Source: Blastocystis sp. Blastoise (taxonomy: Eukaryota; Protista; Bigyra: Opalinata). Taken from it: a stretch of 64,000 nt of DNA. Where the stretch lies: positions 62,001 through 126,000 of the forward strand of contig JBBPEB010000015.1 in NCBI GenBank assembly GCA_039096225.1. Direction: 5' to 3'. Position 1 is the stretch's first letter. The number at the start of each line of letters is the position of its first letter. A program made the translations under genes and the position numbers. The notes under the pieces are model-generated. The model was given only the letters and a program-made list of their open reading frames with translations, was not told where the DNA came from and searched no databases. Of the stretch, positions 24,093-40,407 are shown one piece after another.

Positions 24093-25060
24093 ATGAGACT
24101 TACTGCTGATTTAATATTACAATCTCGTGCATTCTATAATCCTCTTAAAGAGAGAGAGCTTGATTTAAGAGGACTTAAGATACCAACCATAGAGAATTTA
24201 GGTGCTGCTGAAGATCAATTTGATACTATCGATTTATCTGATAATTCGATCACTAAGGTAGAGAATCTTCCTAAATTTAATCGTCTAAAGACTATTATAT
24301 TGAATAACAATAGAGTAATTAAGATTGATGATAATTTAGGAAATAACTTAGATCATGTAGAGACTTTGATTCATATCCTGTTAGTTGAGTGTTTTTTTTT
24401 CATTATTATTATTATTTTCTATAAAGATTCTATTTGAGTATATATTATAGAGCAAATCTATTTTTCTTAATATAATTTTTACTTACTAAGAATGAAATAG
24501 AAGATTTAGAAGAAATTGCACATCTTAAGGAATGGAAGCTTTTAAATATCCTTTATAATTCTATATAATATATTTATTATTTAAAATATTTTTTTCCTTT
24601 ATTAAACACGACATTTGTCTGTTGTAGAGAATCCAGTCATGTTTCAACCAAATGCTCGTTATTATATTATTCAACATCTTCCTCAATTAAAATGGCTCAA
24701 TTTCCAAAAGATCACTTTAGAAGTATTTATGTTTATTATGTTATTATTTATTATGTTTATTATGTTATTATTTATTATGTTATTATTTATTATGTTTATT
24801 ATGTTATTGTTATTATGTTATTATTTATTATGTTTATTATTAATATTATTTATTATATTTATTATGCTTTTATTATTTATTATATTTATTGATTATATTT
24901 ATTATGTTAATTATTAATATTATTTATTATATTTATTATGCTATTATTTGTTATTATATTTATTGATTATATTTCTTATGTTAATTATTAATGTTATTTA
25001 TTATATATATTATTAATATTTTTATAGGAAAGAAAGAAAGCTGCAGAATTATTTCAATAA
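24093..25060 (+). CDS. SNRPA1: U2 snRNP A' (LRR protein); exons 24093-24372, 24483-24545, 24610-24722, 25028-25060
   Basis: MRLTADLILQSRAFYNPLKERELDLRGLKIPTIENLG...DQFDTIDLSDN...LETLILTKNEI-type LRRs...HLSVVENPV...RYYII...LKWLNFQKITLEERKKAAELF. Confidence 0.95.
24373..24482 (+). other. AT-AC U12-type intron (phase 1)
   Basis: 5' ATATCCTG, branch-like TTTTCTTAAT just upstream, 3' TTTAC. Removal gives ATT C|TT ACT AAG (ILTK). Confidence 0.88.
24546..24609 (+). other. AT-AC U12-type intron (phase 1)
   Basis: 5' ATATCCTTT (exact consensus), branch-like TTTCCTTTAT, 3' ACAC. Removal gives TTA A|GA CAT TTG (LRHL). Confidence 0.9.
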
Positions 25061-25501
25061 ATGAAGAATTTTTTCAATCATTTTCCAAAATAAAAAAATA
25101 ACTTATGGCATTTCTATTAATATTTGATTGTTTTATGTTTGTTGTGTACTCCTTCCTCCTTGTTGTATTTAAATTATGAATTTGCTTACTCTGTATTAAC
25201 TTGAATAAAGCTATAAATTGCTGTGATTAGACAAAAAAAAAACAAAACAAAAATAAAACTAAGAAACACAATAATGTGTAAAACTGAATAAATTAAAACA
25301 AATCTATGGAAAGAAATTAAATATATAAAGAAATGTATTTATCAAATACCAACACACAGAGAGAAAGAACAATACATTGTTTAAAACTAAAATAAATACA
25401 CAATAAGAAGAAAAAAAGAAATATTAAAAGAAACAAATCATGAATAATAGATATATATAGCGAAAATAATAGCTTGTTCTTTTTAATTCTTATCAAATTA
25501 T

Positions 25502-26925
25502 TTAGTTAATAGAGAAATTGTTATCTTGTTTATCGTTACTATCCTTTTCAAAATACATGAAATCAATAAGGAAAGTAGAGGAAAGGACAAGAACTCTTTC
25601 ATTAAGAGTAGAGTTAGGAGGGAAGACAACAATGAAGTTATCAGCATCAGATAAAAGTTCTCTAGTGAAAGAAGAGAATTTCTTATCGACAGCACCTTCT
25701 TGTCCAGAAGCAGTATTAAGGATAGAATAATGAATAGTATCAAATCCTTCACAAGGGAAATGACAGAATTTTCCCATTTGACAGCAATCACCATGAACAC
25801 TCATAATAGGCATTTCATTGTGATCATATATAGTAAACTTATCATCACAACAATCAAAATCAGCACAAATCTTACCAATAGGAACTTCAGTATTATTAGG
25901 GAAATAAGAACTTAATTCAGGAAGATTGCAACAAGCACAAACTATATAGATATTGATTAATAATAATGAAATAATATATATATAATATTGTATTTTAATA
26001 ATTAAATAATATTATATTATAATACTAAAATAATATATATATATAATATATTCATACGTTGACATTTAAAAGGACGATGCATCATAAGAATATCTTGACC
26101 AGTACTAGTCTTAATAAACATAGTGAATTCTCTAGCAGAACCACACATTTGTCTTTGACAACACTCACTATCTTCGACAGCCTATATACAATAAAGATTA
26201 TAGAATAATATCACAAAATAATTTTTTTTTAATAAAAAAAATATACAAGGAAAATAGGTTGCATGAAATCAGTTACTTTACCATCAGGAGTTAAAGGATA
26301 AATTAAATATTTATATATAAATAAGATATAGTCACAATTTTTTCATATTAATTATGAATCATTTAAAATCTATGAATATTTACTTATTGGCTTGTTCAAA
26401 ACCAGTGAGACCTTCAAGATATTGAGCCTTCTGCTTAACAATAACACCATTAACTATATATTTATAAAAAAAAGAACAATAATATCAACATAATGCTATA
26501 ATTTTAAATTAAATACGGTTCATTAAGGCTTGGAAAGCATCATAACCTTGGCCAACTTGTCCTTGATTAGGAATAGCTTGCATAGGAACACCTTGCATAG
26601 GAGCACCCATAGGAGCAGCCATAGGAACACCTTGCATAGGAGCACCCATAGGAGCACCCATAGGAGCACCCATAGGAACTCCTTGCATAGGAACTCCTTG
26701 CATAGGAGCAGCCATAGGAACACCTTGCATAGGAGCGCCCATAGGAACTCCTTGTACAGGAGCAGCCATAGGAACACCTTGCATAGGAGCAGCCATAGGA
26801 ACACCTTGCATAGGAGCAGCCATAGGAACACCTTGCATAGGAGCAGCCATAGGAACAGCAGATTGCATGTTAGGATCAGTTACAGGATAGGCAGAAGGAA
26901 TGTTATTAGAATTGTTATTTTGCAT
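25502..26925 (-). CDS. Phospholipid scramblase with N-terminal (AAPMQGVPM)n repeat
   Basis: VKQKAQYLEGLTGFEQANKY, EDSECCQRQMCGSAREF, MHRPFKC, VDKKFSSFTRELLSDADNFIVVFP...ERVLVLSSTFLIDFMYFE; 27-bp coding repeats ~26580-26860. Confidence 0.9.
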
Positions 26926-28190
26926 CTTAAATAAAATAAATATGTAAAGAAAATGCTATAAAGTACTCTTAAAATATAAAAATGCAATTACTTAATAAAA
27001 AAAGTACAGTTATCAAAGACGTATTTGATTTGTAAAGACTTCTCAAAAAAAACAGACTTTTGAACCTTGTTTCCAATATAAATGCCAGTTTTTATACAGT
27101 TCACAATACTCACTGGACATCTTTTCAGGTTTCATCATTTCTCAGTTTTTCCCAAGTATTCCCAAACTAAAAAAATTTAAATTTTTTGATGATAAATTCC
27201 ACAGTTAACAGAAATTCATTGGCTTTATACAATCGAAAAACCAATAAATGATCATTTTTTATTTTTATTTCTTTTACTGATTCATAAGAATATACTACTT
27301 GTTATTACATACTAAAAGTTTTCTTCCTGATAGCTCAAGTAATAATAAAAGTAGCTCTCTACTAAGAAGAATCACAAACGATTTCTACCACTTTAGTATT
27401 TGAATTTCTCTATAGTGTTTTTTGGTGTATCAAATATTTCTCTAATTCCGATTTAGTTGTGAGAAGGCTACAGAACTGTTTAATAAAATAAAACTGATCA
27501 ATCAAGTGTTTTTTTTTATTAACACAGAAATAATATGAATAATAGCTTCTAAAGCATAGAAGAGTCTTCTATAGCTCAAATATATATGTGTATTTCTATT
27601 CAATATATTTTGGCGGGATTTGTAAAACAATTCAATTTTTTTTTTGTAATATAATACTATATAGAACAGTCATCAAGTATATAATGCGATTTCAAATTGT
27701 TTTTACTTGGAAACATGAATGTATTCTTACGAATCAATAATGTGAACAACTCATTTCTTTTTCTTCATAAAATCATAAAAAGAAATTGACGTTATATGAC
27801 AATATCAAGAATAAATTGTTACACATCATTCAGAATATGAAGAATTTGTTTCTCTTTAACAAGAATAGTTTAAAAAATATATTATGAACAATATAAAAAA
27901 ATGAATGCATTATTATAGAATTCTATAATTTATAAACAAATTTTTTCAATGAAAACAAAACAATACTATATATATACTAAAGAAAGAATGATATTATATA
28001 ATTTTTAGAGTGAAATAAAATGAAATAAGAATAATGAAGTGATCTCTCTTACGAAAGGTAGGAATAGTAATATATATATATATATTAGGCATGTTAATGT
28101 TTTAAGAAGAATAATAGAAGAAATATATAAATACTGTCAATCTTATATTCTAAAAGATTAAAACGTAGCTAATAGTGTATAAATATATGT

Positions 28191-30399
28191 TTAGAATAAT
28201 CCATGAACAGTTCCTGTCTTGCAATCGATATCGATATCATAGAAACCAGGACGAGTAGGAAGACCAGGAATAGTCATAATAGATCCTAATACAGGATAAA
28301 CAAATCCAGCACCACAAGAAGCATGGATATCACGAACAGTGATCTTAAAACCACGGGGACAACCAAGAAGAGTAGGATCAGCAGAGAAAGAATACTGAGT
28401 TTTAGCCATACATATAGGGAATTTGTTATATCCTTGAGCTTCATAACAAGCAATTTTCTTTTCAGCTATTTCACTATATTCAACAACATCACCTCTATAG
28501 ATCTCACGAACAATAGTTTGAATCTTTTCTTTAATAGATAAGTTATCTTCATAAATAAGTTTGAAGTGAATAGATTGACGAACAGCTTCATCAGTACAAG
28601 CTTTAACAACAGATTCAGCAAGGACTTTAGCTCCCTTAGCACCTTCGGTCCAATGATTACTCATACAAGCATCTAAAGCACCAGCTTCTAAAGCAGCACT
28701 ACGTAACATTTCAATTTCCTTATCCGTATCGGTAGTAAATCTATTAACACAAACAACACAAGGAACACCATATTTTAAAACATTTTGAATATGTTGTTGC
28801 ATATTACATAAACCTTTAGCAAGTAAATCAAGATTCTCTTCAACATATTCCTTTTGAAGTCTTTGACCAGGTTGAACTTTAGGACCACCTCCATGCATTT
28901 TCATAGCTCTTACAGTAGTTACAAGAACTACACAATCAGGAGCTAAACCACTTTGTCTACATTTAATATCAAAGAATTTCTCCATACCAATATCAGCACC
29001 AAAACCAGCTTCAGTAACTACATAACCATCTTCACCAACTAATTTAAGAGCAATTTTATCAGCAATAATAGAAGAATTACCATGAGCAATATTAGCAAAA
29101 GGACCAGCATGAACAAATACAGGTGTACCTTCAACAGTTTGCATAAGAGTAGGTTTAATAGCTTCTTTCATTAAAACAGTAAGAGCACCAGCAACACCAA
29201 GATCTTCAGCAGTTACAGGTTCACCCGATTTAGACATACCAATAACCATAGCACCTAAACGTTCTCTCATGTTTTCAAGAGAAGTAGATAAAGCAAGAAC
29301 AGCCATGATTTCAGAAGCAACAGCAATATCAAAGCCAGTTCTTCTAGAATGACCACTTTCAGTAGGAGCTAAACCTATTTCAATTTCTCTTAAGAAACGA
29401 TCACAAGTATCAACAACACGTTTCCAAGTAATAGTTTCAGGATCAATATCTAAACGAACTAATTTAGTACGTTCTTCTTCAGTAAGTTCATCAGCTTTTG
29501 TTTTATTAATACCTAATTTAGCAAGTCTCTTTAAAAGAGGAGCAGCAAGAGGTTCATATTCACCATTCTTATTCTTAGGACAAATACGTCTAAATAAAGC
29601 TTCATCAGTTTGAGTAGATTCATGATACATTCTAGCATCAATTTGAGCAGCAAGTAAATTATTAGCAGCAACAATAGCATGAATATCACCAGTTAAATGA
29701 AGATTAAATTCTTCCATAGGAATAACTTGAGAATAACCACCACCAGCAGCACCACCTTTAATACCAAAAGTAGGACCTTGAGAAGGTTGTCTTAAACAAG
29801 AAAATACTTTCTTATGAAGAGCAGCACCAAGAGCTTGAGAAAGACCAACCTAAAGAGAGAGGTATTATTATTATTTATATTTATTATTTATTATTTATTA
29901 TTATTTATATTTATATATTATTATAAATGATTATTATTTAAAAAAAATATGAATTATAACAAAATAAAAATAAAAATATAATCATTATCTTCATTAAATA
30001 AATAATTACATACAGTACAAGTACTTTTACCTTCACCAAGAGGAGTAGGGTTAATACCAGTAACAAGAACCTATAAATAAAAGAAAAAATAATAATGAAA
30101 ACAACATTATATAAAAGAATCATACATAATGACCATTCTTTTGATCCTTAAGACGATCAATAACTTCAAGACGAACTTTAGCTTTAGTATTACCATAAAG
30201 CTCTAATTCTTCAGGTAAGATTCCAGCTTCCTTAGCAATAAGATCAATATTGATAGGCTCAACAGATTGAGATATCTCAATATCAGAAGGAACGGGAAGC
30301 TTAAAATCTACACGAGCAGCAGCACGATCAACAATTTCTATACACAAGAATAAAAATAAGAAAATCACAGATTATATAAGAAATCATACCAAAAGACAT
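28191..30399 (-). CDS. fhs: Formate--tetrahydrofolate ligase (monofunctional FTHFS); start may extend upstream
   Basis: [102 protein letters not shown]. Confidence 0.96.
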
Positions 30400-31256
30400 C
30401 TTCCGTAATTTCTTGATTATTCGAATAATGATAGTTCTATTATATGACTATAAAAGAATTGTACCAAAAACATACTTGGCTTCTTTTTCTTTTGGTATTT
30501 TTAAAGTTTTAGAATCAAGCTTGATGAATCGAATTGAATCATGGTTATTCCCTTTTGTTTCTACTTGAATTCCCTAAGAAATAACAATAATCTTCACTGA
30601 ATAAAAATGATGACTGTTATTCGGCTGATAATTGGCTATTGAATTGTGTTTTTTCTACAATTAGGAATGTCATTGGTTCTCGTTTCCCTATACCAATATT
30701 ATTCATAATTCATGAATAATCATGAAAGAAAATTATTTTTTACTATATTTCCAAATTAAATCATAAAACTATAAAATGAATGTATCTCGTTTCTATTGTT
30801 TAAACTATTTCACGATATATTTATTAATATGCCATTAAGTCATCACATCATATATATTCTATTGAATATCATGTATCATATAATATATCGCAGTTTTATC
30901 CTTGAAGTTTTTCTTGTAATCAGCAATAATTTGTGTATTTTTCTTTTTTTGCAACTATTCTTTTTAAATAAAGATTCTTTTCATGAAGTTACATATTGAT
31001 TAAGTATGTGAATTGTAATATTATTTCAAAATATAACTAAATAGTATGAAAATTGAGATATTACTTTAATACACTATAGTTTATCAATTTTTATCATAAA
31101 TTTATGCATGTTTTTAGCATACACATATAAATTAATACATTCAAAAACGTTATATACTAAAACAATAGCATTACCTAGTTATTCTTAAAATAATATAAAC
31201 AACAACAAAAACAAACACTTTAAGATAATCATTCATATAAATATCTCAAACTAGTA

Positions 31257-31452
31257 TTATCTTCTTTTGCTTCTCGTATTAATATGACTTTCTGCTTGTT
31301 GTAATCCAGTAATAACAGCTACAACACGAGGATGATAAGAAGGATATACATTCTTATATCTAGAGAAAACATATATAGAAGTCACATATATAGAAGAATA
31401 TAGGTGTAGACATATCCGCTATAAAACTCATTATAACGTGACATGAATATAG

Positions 31453-31509
<57 letters not shown>

Positions 31510-32105
31510 TACAGAGCTTTTGCCTTTTCTAAGTATCGTTGAGCCTCTCTATATCTAGCGAGATGACAGCATAATGTACCTATATTAGCATACTACACAA
31601 AGGGAAATATAGAATAAATATAAAGAGAATAATATAGAGAAATATAAAGAGAAATATAGAATAAATATAAAGGGAAATATAGAATAAATACAAAGAAAAA
31701 ATAGAATAAAATACAAAGAAAAAATAGAATAAATACAAAGAAAAAATAGAATAAAATACAAAGAAAAAATAGAATAAAATACAAAGAAAAAATAGAATAA
31801 ATATAAAGTGAAATAAATAGTTACAATTATATTAAATAGAATACTATAAAGTATAGAATATCATATATAATAATAATATAAATAATATACCATTCCTGCA
31901 ATTTTAGGATACCCTTCTATACGTGCTCCACCTTCTAAAGAATGTAATATATATATACCAAGATCATAAGCTTTCTCATATGCTTGAATACTAATCAGAT
32001 AGGAATAGTATTTCATTGTATACGATTCAATTTGATAATTTGTATCAGTTAAGAAGTTCTTTAAAATCTTTATAATACTCTCAATAGTATCCACAGCTTC
32101 TTCTT

Positions 32106-32176
<71 letters not shown>

Positions 32177-33933
32177 GGTTCTCCACTGACTATCTAAAAA
32201 CTGTATTGAATCTTCAAATTTATTCTTATATTCCTCTTCTGTATGAACATCACCACATTTTTCACATTTCCATTCCTCTATATATAATATACATATATTT
32301 AAGTAATATTTATAGAGTAGATTATATATATATTATATTAAGAGTATATTATATATATAGAGTAGATTATATATATAGATTATATATATATACTAGGCAT
32401 AGTATAGTTGTCAATATATACTGGTTCACAAACCCCGCCACAGCGTATCTCCTTTCCCTCCTCTTCTTTTATACTTATACACTTACGCTTATTAATACGA
32501 ACATCTTCTGGATTATTCACTATCTATATATATATATATATATAATATATATATATATATAATATACATACAGAACAACGAGGGCACATACAATCGAAAT
32601 GCTTGAATTTTTGGAGATTTCTATTAATATATATATTTAGAATTGTAATAAGAACATAAAATACAGAATAAAAATATATATAGAATAGGATTCACTCAGA
32701 GTATGGTAATATAGTATATACAAATAGATACATATATAATGAAAAAAAAGAATAAATATATATACTGTTTTCGAATAGGAGTAGGAGAATATAACGTGGT
32801 ATAATTAACCTAGAATATATAGGATATATATATATAGGATCATATATAATAAAATAAATACACAGATTTCTTCTCCTTTTTGTATTTTTCGAATAGCTTG
32901 AATATTCATTGCATTCCCGTGATTATAACGATACACATTAGGAGCACAAGAATGATTAAATAAAGATAAAGAAGGATAAAAACCAACTATAGAAAATATA
33001 TATATAGAGGATATTTAAAATATTAAATAATAAAAATTATATATATATATAATACACAATAAATAATATATAATAAATAATATATATAATAAAAATATAT
33101 ATAATAAATAATATATATAATAAAAATATATATAATAAAGCAATACTTGCGATAGAAGAAGAATCCATATCGTCCATAATTTCAAAGTGGTTCGTAAATA
33201 GATATAAATAAATAGTAAAGATAAAATCTTCAGTTAAATGAAAAGTAGACTTTTGTTCTTCAGTAAATAATGATAATAGCATCTATATATATATATACAT
33301 AATCTATATATATTATTATATATAGATATACTTTGCATTTGGATCGATAGATCTCTTCATCTTCATTGAATAAATCTATAGATATATTATATTAAGAAAT
33401 CTAAATAGTTATTATAATATACCCGAATGACTACATAATAATGAAATATCTTTATATGAACCCTTTATATATTCATTATCTATCTTTGCTATTTCTTCCT
33501 GATTACTAATATCTCCATTTCTCTCATTTATAATATTCACTACAATCTTAAATACATTAAACATATCTTGATCGAGGGATATATCTTTATGCTCACACAA
33601 TATAGGACATTCTTGTTTATGATTTTTCCAATCCGCTATCTGACATTCTCTTGAACAATATCCAACTTGTCTACATTTCCCACATAACTTCAATGAAGGA
33701 CATACTTTATAACAAAAATGGCATCGTTGATCACGATTTTCATCATTAATTCGATACGAAAATGGATATCCTGTTAATATAGTATCACCTATTTAGAAGA
33801 ATAACGAAACAAAGAAAGTATGATCGTCATTACCTGCTTTAAAATTCTTGTTAGCTACGATATAATGTCCTTTATGCTCATCATGAGCGATTAAAAGACC
33901 ACGCTTTTGAAAATATTTCTGAAATGAAAACAT
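31257..33933 (-). CDS. SMYD-type SET + MYND zinc finger lysine methyltransferase
   Basis: KGHYIVANKNFKAG, CHFC...CGKCRQVGYCSRECQIADWKNHKQEC, SLFNHSCAPN, AIRKIQKGEEI, FDCMCPRC, YHPRVV; many introns. Confidence 0.88.
31610..31805. repeat. 21-22 bp tandem minisatellite (aaaaatagaataaa(a)tacaaag) inside a SMYD intron
   Basis: Several visible units, degenerating leftwards. Confidence 0.8.
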
Positions 33934-34556
33934 ATTCGATACAAAAAAAGAAAACAATTGGTTTTTATAATTGTTTTTCATTTTTCTTCTTGCAAATATT
34001 CATTTTTGAGATTTATATTATCATAACAATTCTTTTATTGATAATTTAATAACTTTTAAGTATTTTCACTAATTCTATGATATTCTAACTATATAATATA
34101 TGTATAATAATTCAGTGATCAACACAACATTTTTTTTACAACCTTCTAAGACCGATCATTATTATTATCAACACATTTAGTTATTTTCAGTATGAATTAT
34201 TATAAGATTATTTTTTTTTGAAAACTAATCAGTATCAATTATCAACTCCTCCATTCGGCATTTATCCTAAATAGAATTTAAATTTAAATTTCATTCAATT
34301 TGTGAATATCCTTTTAACCTATATTTTGTTTTTAAAAGTAATTGAAAACCAATAATGTTAGGAGAAATCTCAAATATTGCTATAGCTTATTCATCCAGAT
34401 AATAATTCTGTTATACATTATTTCAATACTAAGACTCATACAACACAAGACGATCTTTGCCAAAAAAAGTTCTTTATTCCATACGATTCTATTCGAAATT
34501 CTAAAGCAATAGAAAAAGTCCGTTTTTTTCAAAATTTATTTATTTCATATAACCTA

Positions 34557-37654
<3,098 letters not shown>

Positions 37655-38243
37655 AAGTATTAATATTATATATTTATTTATTTGTTACTTTGTATGTACT
37701 CTTCTTCTATAAATACTCTTTATATTTATATATTTTTAAATCTATATAAACATAAATGTCATTGAGTTTTTTTTTATTTATTTATTTATTTTTAATATTC
37801 ACTTTTATATGGTATAATCATATGCTTACAATTCTATGGATTATCGTTGCTAGTTGTTAATACTTGTCAATCTCTTTTTTCAATATTATTTTTGCCTTTT
37901 GTTTATTTGTTTTTTTTTTTCATTTTATTACTTTTCAACACATTATAGAATTCATATTTCAAATTGTGAATGTAACTAACAAATAAATCACTCATTTTAA
38001 ACAATGACATAAAAAAACTATTTTTCTGTATTCTCATAATTACTCTATTTTTTCTATACCAATAATAAATTAGAAAGTGATTTAGCAAACTCTCTTTTGA
38101 TCCGTTTGTTATAAAACAATTTTTTGTTGATCTTCGCTTTTTATTATCCGGTTTATCACAATTGGTAATATCACTCTCTCTTTTCTTAACATAAATAATG
38201 GAGTATCATGAAATAAAATTCTATATATTCTACACATCTTTCC

Positions 38244-39288
38244 ATGACTCATACAGCAAATCAGTTAATTAAGCCAGATTATTCTGTAAAGCTTCTTATT
38301 ATTGGTGACTCAGCTGTGGGTAAAACCTGTATTTTGATGCAATACGCATGTCATGCTTTTTTCAGAACATACATAACTACTATTGGAATTGACTTTAAGA
38401 TCAAAACAATTAATGTCGAAGGAAAAAATATAAAATTACAAGTATCAATTTTTTATATTAAATTATAATATAGGAAATTATATATATATATATTAGATTC
38501 TTATATTCATTAAATTAGATATAAATAAATTAATAAATAAATAAATATATATATATATTAGATATGGGACACAGCTGGTCAAGAAAGGTTTCGTACTATT
38601 ACTACATCATATTTTCGAGGGGCAGAAGCAGTCATGTTAGTATATTCAGTAACCAATCGAGAATCATTTAATTCAGTCACAAATTGGATGCAACAAATTT
38701 ATCAAGTATTCTATTGATTTATATATTATATATTTATAAAATTATATATATTTATATTTATATATATTTATAAGTCAAAACTAATACATATACATAAATA
38801 ACATATAATAATATGACTTTTTTTAATAAATATATTTATGTTTTTTAATAATTATATCTATTATAATTATTATTATATATATAGCATGCTGATCCAGAAA
38901 TAGCTATATTATTAGTAGGGAATAAAATTGATTTAGAAAAAGATCGAGTATATTTCATTTCATCTTTCATCTTCTTTCTAATAATAATTAGGTTATTTCT
39001 TCAGAAGAAGGATCTAATCTTGCTGTTCATTATAATATTCCTTTTGTAGAGACATCTGCACAAAATGGAAGTAATATAGATTATGTATGTATTCTATATT
39101 TATTTATTTTATTGTTCAATAACACATATAGGCATTTTATACATTGACAAAGAATGCTGTTGATAGAGCATTAACTCCTATAAAAGAGAAAAATACTATT
39201 CAACTAGAACAAGTATATATTCCTTTATAGATTATTTCTTTTATTATATATATAGAATAAAAAACAAGCCAAGTGTTGCTCAAGTTAA
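38244..39288 (+). CDS. Rab GTPase, Rab8/Sec4/RabE-like
   Basis: [40 protein letters not shown]-terminal CCSS; six GT-AG introns. Confidence 0.93.
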
Positions 39289-39524
39289 AAAAATATATAT
39301 ATTATTCCTATTACTCTATATTTGTTCACTAATTTCCAATTTTTGTTATACTAAATACTATTTTAAAATATATCGCCATTTTGAAAATGACACAATATAT
39401 ATATATAAAGATATAAAAATCATAATTTTCTTAATATCTATAAATAATGATAATAATAAAAGGAACAAAACAATTTTGATTGAATTTATTCATTGAACGC
39501 TTGTTTTGTATTGTGTAAGCATTT

Positions 39525-40407
39525 TTACTTTCTCTTAAGGGAAATCTTTCTCTTGTAGAAGTTGAGTTCTTCACCTTCAAGAAGGTAACCATATATAAAT
39601 AATATTAATATAATAAGATCAAAAAAAAAAAAGAGAAATATATAATAAAGAATATTAAAATATAACCATCAGCACGACCAGATTGACCAGGTCTAGAAGA
39701 GATGGCGGCAAGAACACGACCAGAAGCAATTTGTTCCATAAGTTCCTTGGGGATATGGATGCTGTGTCTTCTTTCAAGATACTTTCTAGCAGTAGCCTTA
39801 CACTTACCTTCAGTAGTCTTAGCGTTTACAACAAAAGAAGATTTGGTATCAAAAGTAACACCATAGTGTTTTTCGAACCATTGTTTGAAGGGAAGGGCAT
39901 CGATAGCAACGATGCAACCCTTGACAAGAGTCTTAGTTCTGACAAGTTCGTTGTTAGAAGAATTGTACATGACATCTAAGATACGAGACTTAGCAGCCAT
40001 GGCTTCACCAATAAATCAAATTAATTAAATGTAAATAAATTATAAGCAAAATAATAGGAAAAACAAATAATCAAAATAAATATGATCAAACAAATAAACT
40101 AATGTTTCAGCCATGGCTTCACCAGCCCAACTGAAAGAACCAGTATCAAGACGGATAGCACGATGCTTAAGGTTACCACCAAGACCTCTAGCAAGATAAA
40201 TTCTCTTGGCACCGAGTTTAGTGTTAGCGGGTTGTCTACCCATTTCGAACTTTCGCTTCTTAATGTTAATAGCGGGCTTAGCACCAGTAACAGTATGCTT
40301 ATGACGAGAATCACGACCAATACCCAAATTGATTTAGTACAAGTTTAAACAATAGAATGAATTTAGGAAGAACTATCAAATACAATAAACACTATATACA
40401 TACCCAT
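39525..40407 (-). CDS. RPS8: 40S ribosomal protein S8 (eS8)
   Basis: [10 protein letters not shown]...[17 protein letters not shown]...[14 protein letters not shown]...[16 protein letters not shown]...[23 protein letters not shown]. Intron ends are non-canonical (see findings). Confidence 0.97.

Noticed and set aside
26580-26860. Regular repeats resembling a CRISPR array
   Set aside because: Tandem coding repeats with no unique spacers, in a eukaryotic gene.
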